Assembly: GCA_035552255.1 (NCBI GenBank)
Contig: DASZLS010000125.1
Span: 28,080-92,079 of the forward strand
Length of the DNA stretch: 64,000 nucleotides
DNA from: Acidimicrobiales bacterium
Lineage (GTDB): Bacteria > Actinomycetota > Acidimicrobiia > Acidimicrobiales > RAAP-2
Reading direction: 5' to 3'
In this document: one piece after another, positions 26,715-35,000 of the stretch
Numbering within the stretch: the first letter of the stretch is position 1
How the letters are laid out: every line of letters begins with the position of its first letter
Translations under genes and position numbers: made by a program
Notes under the pieces: generated by a model
Seen by the model: the letters and a program-made list of their open reading frames with translations, nothing else
Databases searched by the model: none
Told to the model about the DNA's origin: nothing

Positions 26715-28268
26715 TCAGCTCACCTTTTCGAGCTCGCGCTGGCGACGCACTTGTCGTTCGATGTTGCCGGTCATCTTCTCCAAGACGAAGTAGACGAGTC
26801 CCGCAATCACGACGCCGGCCTCGATCGAGAAGTCAGCGCCGCCGTACCAACCGGCGCTGCACACGCTGTGCACGAGCTTGCCCGCACACGCGGCTCCGTA
26901 GTGATTGGAGACGGGCGTCATCCAGTGGAACGGAAAGTTGACGGGCGGCGGCGCCTTAGAGAAGGCGAGCGTCGCACAGACCAGTCCCGCGACGAAGGCG
27001 ATCATGGCATTCCAGTTGATCCCGCTCTTTCCAACGAAGTACACGCTGCCCGCGTCGCGACGTTGCAGTTCGGACGCGTTGTAGCGGTAGCGACGCATGA
27101 TCCAGTCGACCAGCATGATGGAGAACCAGGGCGTGATCCACACGATGATGACGCCGACGAACTCTTTCATGTAGAGGGAGAACGTGGACTGGAACTCGGC
27201 GTAGATCGTGAGGCCGCAGGCGAGTATCGAGTCGAGCACGACCGCCTGGTAGCGCTTGAGGCGTAGTCCCATGGCCTGGAGCGAGACGCCCGAGGAATAG
27301 AGGTCGAGCGAGTTGATGCCAAAGAGCTGGACAATGGCAAAGATCAAGAACAGCGCCACGAACCAGCTCGGCACCGCGTGCTGGCCGCGCAGCGCTTCGA
27401 AGGGGTTCGCGCTGTTCCACGCCGCCGACTGGGTCGCGTTCGAGAGAAACGTGTAGGTGGCAGCGCCGATGACCATCATCGCGATCTCGGGCAACGCCGT
27501 CGCGACGAAGACCCATCCGACAATTGAGCCCTTCTTCGCGTCGCGGGGGAGATAGCGCGTGTAGTCATTGCCACACTCGGTCCACCCGAGGCCCGAGAGC
27601 GCAATGGTGAAGGCGAGACCCGCGGTGTAGAGCTCCCAACCGCCGCCGAATCCCTTGAAGGATGTCGAGCCGTGCTTGATGTCGAAGATGGCGAGGACGA
27701 TGAAGATCGCCCCAAAGGGGATGATCAGCGCGCGCAGGACCTTCACCATCGTCGCGTGCCCGAAGTACGGCATGACCGCTTGGATCGCGGCCGCGATGAT
27801 GATGAAGACGACTTTGAGCGGGTTCGACACGTGGACGCCCGCCATCTGGGACAGCACGATCGCGGCGCCGACAATGAGAATGAGCCCCTCGGTCTCAAAG
27901 CCGAGCTGCGTGATCCAGTTGAAGAAGCTGACGATTCTCGCACCGCGGGTACCGAACGCTGCGCGCGAGATGGTGAAGGTCGTCGTGCCGGCCTCGGGGC
28001 CCTGCAGCGAAGCCAGTCCCAGGAGGAAGAACGAGAGGTTGCCCAGGATGATGATGCTGAGGGCGGTGTAGAAGCTGAAGCCGAACCCCATGAGGAGTGC
28101 TCCATAGATGAAGTACTCGACGTTGATCGCAGACCCCGCCCACATGGCGCCGATATTGCGCGGGGTGGCCCAACGCTCGGTCTCGGGAACGAAATCGATG
28201 CCGCGCTGCTCAACGCGAAACGCCGGATCTCCCGGCGATCCGTCGTGGGAATCCAAGGTCGTAGCCAC
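26715..28268 (-). CDS. NCS1-family nucleobase (purine-cytosine/CodB-like) permease
   Basis: 12-TM protein with ERGIDFVPE..R and NVEYFIYG N-terminal NCS1 signatures. Start set at GTG 28268, which is preceded by AGGAGG with a 9-nt spacer; listed ORF extends to 28382. Confidence 0.85.
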   Translation of the reverse strand: MATTLDSHDGSPGDPAFRVEQRGIDFVPETERWATPRNIGAMWAGSAINVEYFIYGALLMGFGFSFYTALSIIILGNLSFFLLGLASLQGPEAGTTTFTISRAAFGTRGARIVSFFNWITQLGFETEGLILIVGAAIVLSQMAGVHVSNPLKVVFIIIAAAIQAVMPYFGHATMVKVLRALIIPFGAIFIVLAIFDIKHGSTSFKGFGGGWELYTAGLAFTIALSGLGWTECGNDYTRYLPRDAKKGSIVGWVFVATALPEIAMMVIGAATYTFLSNATQSAAWNSANPFEALRGQHAVPSWFVALFLIFAIVQLFGINSLDLYSSGVSLQAMGLRLKRYQAVVLDSILACGLTIYAEFQSTFSLYMKEFVGVIIVWITPWFSIMLVDWIMRRYRYNASELQRRDAGSVYFVGKSGINWNAMIAFVAGLVCATLAFSKAPPPVNFPFHWMTPVSNHYGAACAGKLVHSVCSAGWYGGADFSIEAGVVIAGLVYFVLEKMTGNIERQVRRQRELEKVS

Positions 28269-28366
28269 TTCTGTCGTCCTCCTGCTTGCTGTGCCCCCAA
28301 AGACGACCGGCCAAGGCCGAAGTCGTACGCGCCAAGTATGCCCGAAATGCCTTATGGAACTCAGGA

Positions 28367-28400
28367 GAACACTGAGGAACACTGAGAATCAGTACTGATT
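28367..28400. repeat. Tandem direct repeat GAACACTGAG x2 directly abutting a perfect 14-bp palindrome AATCAGTACTGATT
   Basis: Read directly: 28367-28376 and 28377-28386 are identical, and 28387-28400 is self-complementary. Located about 100-130 nt upstream of the permease GTG. Confidence 0.5.
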
Positions 28401-28606
28401 TCTCGCTCCGGTAACAAAAGTCACTTTTAACGGCTTCTTAACTTCCTCCAATGGCGAGCACACAGTGGTGCGACAAACTGGCAGAGCGTTGTTGTACCGA
28501 CGAATAAAGAAGGTGTCATGTACTCAAGAACGAGCGATTCGAGTTCTCTGAAGTACGACCTTTGGGTCATGGCTTTCCCCGAGGCGCAAGCCTAAGAGCC
28601 CCTCTT

Positions 28607-28647
28607 TTCAGGACCCAGGCGGTCCCTCCCTCCGCCTGGGTCCTGAA
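28607..28647 (+). ncRNA. Strong 16-bp GC-rich hairpin with C-rich loop (UCCCUCCCU); candidate sRNA/leader element
   Basis: TTCAGGACCCAGGCGG (28607-28622) pairs perfectly with CCGCCTGGGTCCTGAA (28632-28647). The 9-nt loop contains CCTCC. No U-tail follows. The structure is certain; the function is unknown. Confidence 0.4.
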
Positions 28648-28763
28648 GTAACTCTCAGTTAAAAAACTTTCGGTGTGTGTACTGGTCAGTAAGCGAAGTC
28701 TTGCTAAGTTTCGCCCAGTGGAGAAACCCAACGGGGGGTTCTTCGGGGGAAAGCAGGACAGAG

Positions 28764-30656
28764 ATGTCGTCAACGTTCGATCGTCGTTCGTTCCTTACTC
28801 ACTCAGCCGCCACACTCGGCGGCGTCGCCATGGCGGGGACTGTCGTTGACTCCCTGCTCTCAGGCGTTGCGGGTGCGGCAGTCGGAGTGGCCAAAGGAAA
28901 GCCCAAGATGGGCGGCGTCCTCACCGTTGGCACCCTCTCTGACGTGCCGAATTACCACATCTTCAATGGCTCGCACGGCAAGATGGACGACTCGGGCTTC
29001 TGCGTTGCGAACGCTCTCTACGACCCGCTGTTCGTCATGTCCGCCAACGGGAAGACAGCATTGCCCATGCTGGCGCTCTCGGCGAAGCCCAACGCGAATT
29101 ACACGGTGTGGACCATCGCGCTGCGCCACGGCGTTCAATTCCACGATGGTACGAACTTTGACGCGTCGGTGGTGGTCGCCAACTACACGGCCGCCGCGGC
29201 CGACACCACGGTGGGGCTCGCGATTGCTCCCTTTATTGCGTCGGTCAAGGAAGTCAATTCCTACACCGTCGAATACAACATGGTCATTCCCTACGCTTCG
29301 TTCCCGATATTGCTCGCTGAGCAGCAGATTGCCTACATGGCGGCTCCCTCCGCACTCGGGCTCTCCTACGCCGGCAAGCCGATCGGCACCGGTCCCTTCA
29401 AGTTCAAGTCGTGGTCCGTCGGCGTGGAATCGCAGTTCACGAAGAACGCGAAGTACTGGCGCAAGGACGGCGCGGGCCGCCGACTTCCGTACCTGGAAGG
29501 CATCACCTTTAAGACGATTGTCGACTCGGCGTCGCGCAACGAAGCCCTCCAGGGCGGCAGCCTCGACATGATCCTTCAAGAGACGGGCGCACAGATCGCC
29601 CAATTGAAGAAGATGCGCGGCATCTCCATGGTCACCGACCAGACTCAACCGCGCGACCCCTCCCTCAACGTCCTGATCGTCAACACGACCGGAACCATGA
29701 ATCAGTACTTCTGCTGGGCGGGCGAATTTGCCTCGGTCGGTGTGCCGGGAGCGTTGCCCTATATCGAGAAGGGCCAAGCCGTCCCCACCCCCGTGCAGGA
29801 CGCGGTCTACCAAGGCACCTCAGGCGCGGTCAACCCTTCGACGCTGCAGTGGGATACCTCGCTCAAGCCCGTCCTCAACGACGTGTCCATCCGTCAAGCC
29901 TGTGCCATGGCGATCAACCGGAACACGTATTTCAAGCTGATCGACGGCGGCGTGGGTGCGGTGTCCAACGGACTGTACCGCAAGACGTCACCGTTCTACG
30001 ACAATCCGGGCTATCCCAACTACAACCCGACCAAGGCGAAGACATTGGTCGACGCCTACAAGTCGGCCAACAACCTCACCAAGGTGAGCTTCGTGATCGA
30101 CATCTTGTCCAACGACGCCTCCTCGACCCAGGCGTTCTCCTTCTTCCAGCAGCAGCTGGGTGCGGTGGGCATCACGGTGGTATCGAGGCCGCTCGTTCAG
30201 AGCACGCTCATCAACAACGTGATCTATGGCGAATACGACTGCGCGCAGTGGAACCAGTTCGGTGGCGTCGACCCGTCGCTCAACTACGTGTGGTTCAACT
30301 CGCAATCTGCATCGGCGGCCTTCCCCGCCGGGCTGGGTCTCACGACGTTGCCAGCGAGCCTCAACATCGCAGGCGCGGTGAACTTTTCTCACCAAGGGGA
30401 CCCGGTGGTCGAGAATGCGATGCTCGCGGCGCTCGCGGCGAAGCCGAGCTCGCCGGTTGAGGTTCGCTCCTGGCGTACGGTGAACTCCAAGTTCGCCAAG
30501 GACATCCCGTACCTCTGGCTCGACATCACCGTGAACGCATGGGCGGCTCGCAGCAACGTGCAGAACTGGGCGTACGGGACGGCGGCAGACGGCACGACGC
30601 GCTGCCTCAGTCCCGATGGCGGTTCGGCTCGCTGGGACCAAATCTGGCTTTCCTAA
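28764..30656 (+). CDS. Tat-exported ABC substrate-binding protein, family 5 (peptide/nickel/opine type), orphan
   Basis: Start at ATG 28764 (MSSTFDRRSFLTHSAATLGGVAMAG, a twin-arginine signal). Family-5 SBP signatures are present (GGVLTVG, ALYDPLF, WTIALRHGVQFHDGT, KYWR). No permease or ATPase genes are adjacent. Confidence 0.85.
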   Translation: MSSTFDRRSFLTHSAATLGGVAMAGTVVDSLLSGVAGAAVGVAKGKPKMGGVLTVGTLSDVPNYHIFNGSHGKMDDSGFCVANALYDPLFVMSANGKTALPMLALSAKPNANYTVWTIALRHGVQFHDGTNFDASVVVANYTAAAADTTVGLAIAPFIASVKEVNSYTVEYNMVIPYASFPILLAEQQIAYMAAPSALGLSYAGKPIGTGPFKFKSWSVGVESQFTKNAKYWRKDGAGRRLPYLEGITFKTIVDSASRNEALQGGSLDMILQETGAQIAQLKKMRGISMVTDQTQPRDPSLNVLIVNTTGTMNQYFCWAGEFASVGVPGALPYIEKGQAVPTPVQDAVYQGTSGAVNPSTLQWDTSLKPVLNDVSIRQACAMAINRNTYFKLIDGGVGAVSNGLYRKTSPFYDNPGYPNYNPTKAKTLVDAYKSANNLTKVSFVIDILSNDASSTQAFSFFQQQLGAVGITVVSRPLVQSTLINNVIYGEYDCAQWNQFGGVDPSLNYVWFNSQSASAAFPAGLGLTTLPASLNIAGAVNFSHQGDPVVENAMLAALAAKPSSPVEVRSWRTVNSKFAKDIPYLWLDITVNAWAARSNVQNWAYGTAADGTTRCLSPDGGSARWDQIWLS

Positions 30657-30671
30657 GACTGGGCGATCTCG

Positions 30672-31871
30672 TCAGGTCGTGACGGAACGCCGATGAAGGC
30701 GTGCCGAGTCGGTCGTTGATAGTGGCGTGACCCGTCCGCGTACGTGTCGCCAGAACAGCAGCGTTGACAGGGCGAGCACCGCGGAGACGACGGCCATGAC
30801 GGAGAACGGCAACGCAGGGTTGATAGCGAAGAGGAAGCCGGACGCGCCTGCGCCGATCGCGAGCGATGCAGTGTTGGACGTCGTGTAGAGCCCCTGACGC
30901 CTCGAAAGTTCGCGGTCGGCCGCGCCTTGGCTCATGAGAGACGAGATAGACGGCAGCGAGAGCGCGGCGCCCACTGACTCCAACGATCCGAGACCGAGAA
31001 TCAGGTTGTTGTTGTGGATGTGCGGGTAGATGACAAGAAAGATCGAACCGTTGAGTAGACCGAGCAGCGCGGTCAGTCGCCGATTCGCGTGGTCGGCGAG
31101 CCAGCCGCCAGCTCGGAACAGCAGAATCCACGGCAGCCCAAAGGCCGTCCAGCTGAGCCGTATCTGCAGCGTGCTCGCGTGATGAGCGTGCATCAGGAGA
31201 CTCCAGCACCCTTCGTACACGCCGACGGCGATGCCCGACGCGCCTGCTGCGACCAGCGCACCGGTCAGTTGTCTGCTCCACTGCAGCTTCGGCAGCGGCG
31301 TCGGGTCGTACGCCCGGTCGCCGAGGTTGGCCCGCACCGCGACGACGGCCGCGAGGAGACTCACCACCCCCGTGACGAAGAACGCCCATCCAAGATCGTT
31401 CACCGTCGCGGCGGCACCAATGACGGGGCCGATGGCGAGACCGAAGAGCTGGGCCGCCAGGATTCGAGACACGGCACGGCCTCGTTGTGCTTCAGGGAAA
31501 AGCGATGCGACTGCCGACATGGAGGCCACTTCGATGGCGCCCGCCGACGCCCCCTGTACCAATCGCGTGAGGGTGAACCACGGCGCAGAGATCGGCAGGA
31601 GAAACGTCATGCTCGCGAGTCCGTAGATCACGAGACTGAGAACGAGCAGGCGTCGACGCCCGAACTTGTCGGCGAGGTGACCAAAGGCGAACTGCGTCGC
31701 AATGCCGGCGACGAAGAATGAGGCCATGACGAGTCCGACCTCGCTCGGCGTGCCCCCACGGCGTTCGAGAAAGAGGGGGAGAAGGGGAAGTCCAAGGGTC
31801 GCACCCATCCACTGGATCGCGACAATCACCGTCAGACGGCGCAAAGTTGAGTTGGCGCTGCTCTGAGCCAT
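30672..31871 (-). CDS. MFS transporter
   Basis: 399 aa from ATG 31871 (MAQSSANSTLRRL...). MFS loop motif GHLADKFGRRR. 12 TM segments. The upstream part of the listed ORF looks non-coding. Confidence 0.8.
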   Translation of the reverse strand: MAQSSANSTLRRLTVIVAIQWMGATLGLPLLPLFLERRGGTPSEVGLVMASFFVAGIATQFAFGHLADKFGRRRLLVLSLVIYGLASMTFLLPISAPWFTLTRLVQGASAGAIEVASMSAVASLFPEAQRGRAVSRILAAQLFGLAIGPVIGAAATVNDLGWAFFVTGVVSLLAAVVAVRANLGDRAYDPTPLPKLQWSRQLTGALVAAGASGIAVGVYEGCWSLLMHAHHASTLQIRLSWTAFGLPWILLFRAGGWLADHANRRLTALLGLLNGSIFLVIYPHIHNNNLILGLGSLESVGAALSLPSISSLMSQGAADRELSRRQGLYTTSNTASLAIGAGASGFLFAINPALPFSVMAVVSAVLALSTLLFWRHVRGRVTPLSTTDSARLHRRSVTT

Positions 31872-31921
31872 GGGGTCCACGCTACCGGCGTACCTCGTGA
31901 AATCACCCTGATGATTGCTCT

Positions 31922-32485
31922 TTAGAAGGTGTGACACTCCACCAAGATGAGAACTCCGAGGAGGAAATACACGAACGGCAGAGCGTGGGGAGCGTGTGCT
32001 CGACCCCAGGTGACCACTCTCGGGTGCTTCGCGAGGCGCTGAGCGCTGAAGAGAAAGATTGCCTCCCAGCACGCGAAGACGATGATGGTCACAACTGCTC
32101 GCTCCAGGCCATTGGCGCGAAGGAGTGGGATCCAGACAGCGATGTTGTCACCGCCGAGGATGAGCGTCATCACGAATGTCGTAATGCTGCCGCGTTTGAA
32201 CTGTTCGCGCGGCTGCTCGCGATGACGCCACGCGTAGATCGCGAAGCTGAACGGCGCCACGCAGAGCAGTCCCACCCAGCGGACTGGGACCACCGCGAGC
32301 AAGGTGCCGACCCCAGCCGCGAGAGCGACGAGCACGAAGACCGCGACGCCCTGTGCCCACGCAACGCGACGAAACCTCTCGTGGTCGGTGACGATGAGCT
32401 GTGCAGCGAACGCAAAGAAATTGTCGAACATGGTGGCGACAAAGGCGAGCGACGACACGACCACCACCACGAGAAAGGTCTGCAC
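31922..32485 (-). CDS. CadD-like cadmium-resistance transporter family membrane protein
   Basis: 187 aa, 5-6 TM segments. FDNFFAF and GGDNIAVWIPLL motifs resemble the CadD/QueT-type family. Confidence 0.65.
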   Translation of the reverse strand: MQTFLVVVVVSSLAFVATMFDNFFAFAAQLIVTDHERFRRVAWAQGVAVFVLVALAAGVGTLLAVVPVRWVGLLCVAPFSFAIYAWRHREQPREQFKRGSITTFVMTLILGGDNIAVWIPLLRANGLERAVVTIIVFACWEAIFLFSAQRLAKHPRVVTWGRAHAPHALPFVYFLLGVLILVECHTF

Positions 32486-32544
32486 CCGGCGAGATTACTT
32501 GAGAGTAGGAATTGCTTAAAAAGTGCGGCGGTAGGCTGCACCTG

Positions 32545-33519
32545 ATGATTCGTCCCGTCTCGCCTCCCACCATCGAGCAGATCGAACACGCGCGCGAGAT
32601 CGTTGCCAAGTACCTCCAGCCGACGCCGACGACCTCAATCTCCGTGCAGGGACGACCAGTCTTTGTGAAGCTGGAATGTCTGCAGGTCACTGGAAGCTTC
32701 AAGGTTCGCGGTGCACTCGCGGCACTCGACGCCGCGAAGCGCGTTGATCCGAACGGTGCGGTGATCACGGCGTCAGCGGGTAACCACGGCCTGGGCGTCG
32801 CGCACGCAGCCCGATTGCTCGGCACCCGCGCCACCGTCGTCGTGCCCACGAACGCGTCGGTCGCCAAGGTGAAGAAGCTGTCTACGTACGACATCGAGCT
32901 CATCCAGTTCGGCACGTCGTATGACGACGCGCAAGCGCACGCGGTCGCACTCAGCGAGCAGCGCTCCATCAGGTTTGTCTCGCCGTTCAATGACGGCGAC
33001 GTGATTGCCGGCCAATCGACCGTCTTTGATGAGATGCTCGTCCAGGCGCCAGAGCTCGAGCACGTGGTCGTCGCCGTGGGCGGCGGAGGACTCATCTCGG
33101 GAACGCTCCAGTCGAGGGAGGTACACGATCGCAGCGATATCCGCGTTACGGGCATCCAGGCCGAAGAGAGCGCGGCGCTCTATCACGTCTTGCGCGGGAT
33201 GCGCATGAGCGACGTCGTGCACCGTCCGACGATCGCGGACGGACTTGCCGGCGGCGGTGACGAGGGCGCCATCACCAACGAGATCGTAGAGAAGAGTGGC
33301 ATCGAACTGGTGCTCGTGCCCGAGGTTGAGATTCGCCGCGCGGTGCGAGCACTCGTGGAGAACGCTGGTCTCGTCGTTGAGGGATCGGGGGCCGCACCCT
33401 ACGCAGCCATCGCGACGGGCCTTATCGATGACACCACGTCGCGCATCGGCTTCATCGCGAGCGGACGCAACATCGCCCACGAACTGTTGGTGGAGCTCTT
33501 GCAAGAACCTTTGGGCTAA
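32545..33519 (+). CDS. Threonine ammonia-lyase / serine-threonine dehydratase (short form, no ACT domain)
   Basis: PLP-Lys motif TGSFKVRGA, SAGNHG, and the Gly-rich loop VGGGGLISG. Start taken at ATG 32545; listed ORF begins at 32512. Confidence 0.85.
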   Translation: MIRPVSPPTIEQIEHAREIVAKYLQPTPTTSISVQGRPVFVKLECLQVTGSFKVRGALAALDAAKRVDPNGAVITASAGNHGLGVAHAARLLGTRATVVVPTNASVAKVKKLSTYDIELIQFGTSYDDAQAHAVALSEQRSIRFVSPFNDGDVIAGQSTVFDEMLVQAPELEHVVVAVGGGGLISGTLQSREVHDRSDIRVTGIQAEESAALYHVLRGMRMSDVVHRPTIADGLAGGGDEGAITNEIVEKSGIELVLVPEVEIRRAVRALVENAGLVVEGSGAAPYAAIATGLIDDTTSRIGFIASGRNIAHELLVELLQEPLG

Positions 33520-33559
33520 TGCCCATCGCGGTTTTACGGCGCAACAGTATGGTGTTCGA

Positions 33560-34354
33560 ATGATCGGTCAGAAGCGCCTGATGGCCGTCGTCGTCGCGGT
33601 CGTTGCGCTGGCGCTCACCGTATTTGGCATCGTGTTCGCGGCGACCGACCCCAATCCGGCCGCCCTCGGGAGAGATCCGTTGGCCCTCAACGGCTACCCG
33701 CCGCACTCGGCGGACGTCGCGGTGTCGCTGACCACGTCGGGGGGCCTCGGACTCAACGCGAACATCACCGCTAACTTCACCGACAACCGCGCGAGTGCGC
33801 TCGTCAGCTTTCCAACCATCGAGACACCCTCGAGTGTTGACGTCCTGATGGCGAGCGACCATCTCTACGCACGCTCCGCGGACGTCTCGAGTGGCCCCTG
33901 GTTCGACACAGCCTTCAAGACGCTGAATTTCTTTGGCGTCTCCCTCGAGCTCACCAAACCCGACATCTACCTGATCGCGGGGCTGCACAAGTCGGTAACG
34001 CATAGCGGCTATTCGACGACGTACAACTTCACCCAGCAACACGTCGTGCTGTCGACGCTGCTCGGCTCCGCGAAGAGTCTCTCGACGCTCGGCTCGGTGC
34101 GCTGGTCAATCACGGTGGGCAGTCAGGGTGAAGCCTCAGCGAGCACGCTTGTGGTCACCTCGAAACATGCGACGACGACGATTTCGGCGAAGGTGCTTTC
34201 CTACAATGAGCCCGCGAAGATCTCGGTGCCCGCGTCAAAGGACGTCCAGGCACTCTCGCTCTCGGGACTCGAGAAGCTCCTCAAGGGTCGAGACTTCGCG
34301 TCACTGCTCATTCCGCGCGACCTCACGTCGCTCTCAAAGACCTCGATCAGTTAG
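33560..34354 (+). CDS. Hypothetical membrane-anchored exported protein
   Basis: 264 aa from ATG 33560 (MIGQKRLMAVVVAVVALALTVFGIVFA...). Ser/Thr-rich beta-type sequence. No family recognised. The first 88 aa of listed ORF 33296.. overlap the threonine dehydratase gene and are discarded. Confidence 0.65.
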   Translation: MIGQKRLMAVVVAVVALALTVFGIVFAATDPNPAALGRDPLALNGYPPHSADVAVSLTTSGGLGLNANITANFTDNRASALVSFPTIETPSSVDVLMASDHLYARSADVSSGPWFDTAFKTLNFFGVSLELTKPDIYLIAGLHKSVTHSGYSTTYNFTQQHVVLSTLLGSAKSLSTLGSVRWSITVGSQGEASASTLVVTSKHATTTISAKVLSYNEPAKISVPASKDVQALSLSGLEKLLKGRDFASLLIPRDLTSLSKTSIS

Positions 34355-34360
34355 TCGCTC

Positions 34361-34999
34361 ATGAGTGCTCAACCCGAACCACGCTGGCCCGCGTCACTCG
34401 CGCTGATCGTCTGTGCGGCGCTCTACGTGTTGCTTCCCAACCGTCTCGTCGTCGGTCCCCGTTGGCTGTTGCCCATACTGATCGTGCTGCCCCTCATCCC
34501 CTTGTCACTGACGTGGCATCACATGCCCGAGAACCCGAAGCCGGTTCGTTACCTCGCTGTCTCATTGGTCGCGATCACAACCATCGCGAACGTGGTCTCG
34601 GTGGGCTTGCTCATCCACCACGTCTTCTATAGCGCCATCATCCCTGGCCGCGGGCTGCTGTATTCGGCCGCATCCATCTGGGCGACGAACGTTATCGTCT
34701 TCGGGCTCTGGTTTTGGGAATTGGATCGCGGCGGCCCTCATATCCGTGTCGGTAAGGACATCAAGCAGCCTGACCTGCTGTTTCCTCAGATGACCATGAG
34801 CAAAGACGACTGTCCCCCTGAATGGCATCCTCACTTTATTGACTACCTCTACACGTCCCTCGCCAATGGGACGAGTTTCGCGCCGGCGGACGCCATGCCC
34901 CTCACCTCATCCATGAAGACGTTGTTTGGCCTCGAATCGCTCATCTCGTTTGTCACCATCGCCATCGTCGCGGGCGAAGCCGTCAATATCCTGAGATAG
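34361..34999 (+). CDS. DUF1345-like integral membrane protein
   Basis: 212 aa, 5-6 TM segments. WFWELDRGGP and DYLYTSLANGTSFAPADA motifs, recalled as typical of DUF1345. Confidence 0.7.
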   Translation: MSAQPEPRWPASLALIVCAALYVLLPNRLVVGPRWLLPILIVLPLIPLSLTWHHMPENPKPVRYLAVSLVAITTIANVVSVGLLIHHVFYSAIIPGRGLLYSAASIWATNVIVFGLWFWELDRGGPHIRVGKDIKQPDLLFPQMTMSKDDCPPEWHPHFIDYLYTSLANGTSFAPADAMPLTSSMKTLFGLESLISFVTIAIVAGEAVNILR

Positions 35000-35000
35000 A

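Noticed and set aside
28269-28450. Purine, PRPP or other nucleobase-type riboswitch in the minus-strand leader of the NCS1 permease.
   Set aside because: I did not find the conserved purine-riboswitch junction sequences (such as the TTTCTACC / CCGTAAA-like elements) on the minus strand. Only a simple hairpin (28303-28326) and the repeat/palindrome are visible. cmscan against Rfam would be decisive.
28452-28595. Two tiny ORFs in the AT-rich island: the Cys-rich MASTQWCDKLAERCCTDE (28452-28508) and MYSRTSDSSSLKYDLWVMAFPEAQA (28518-28595). They could be a RiPP precursor or a leader peptide.
   Set aside because: There is no convincing Shine-Dalgarno at proper spacing and codon usage is atypical for this genome. 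No modification or maturation enzymes are nearby. They are mentioned only inside the island finding.
28567-28773. Listed 68-aa minus-strand ORF spanning the big hairpin.
   Set aside because: It runs straight through a perfect 16-bp inverted repeat and AT-rich non-coding sequence. It has no start context and implausible composition.
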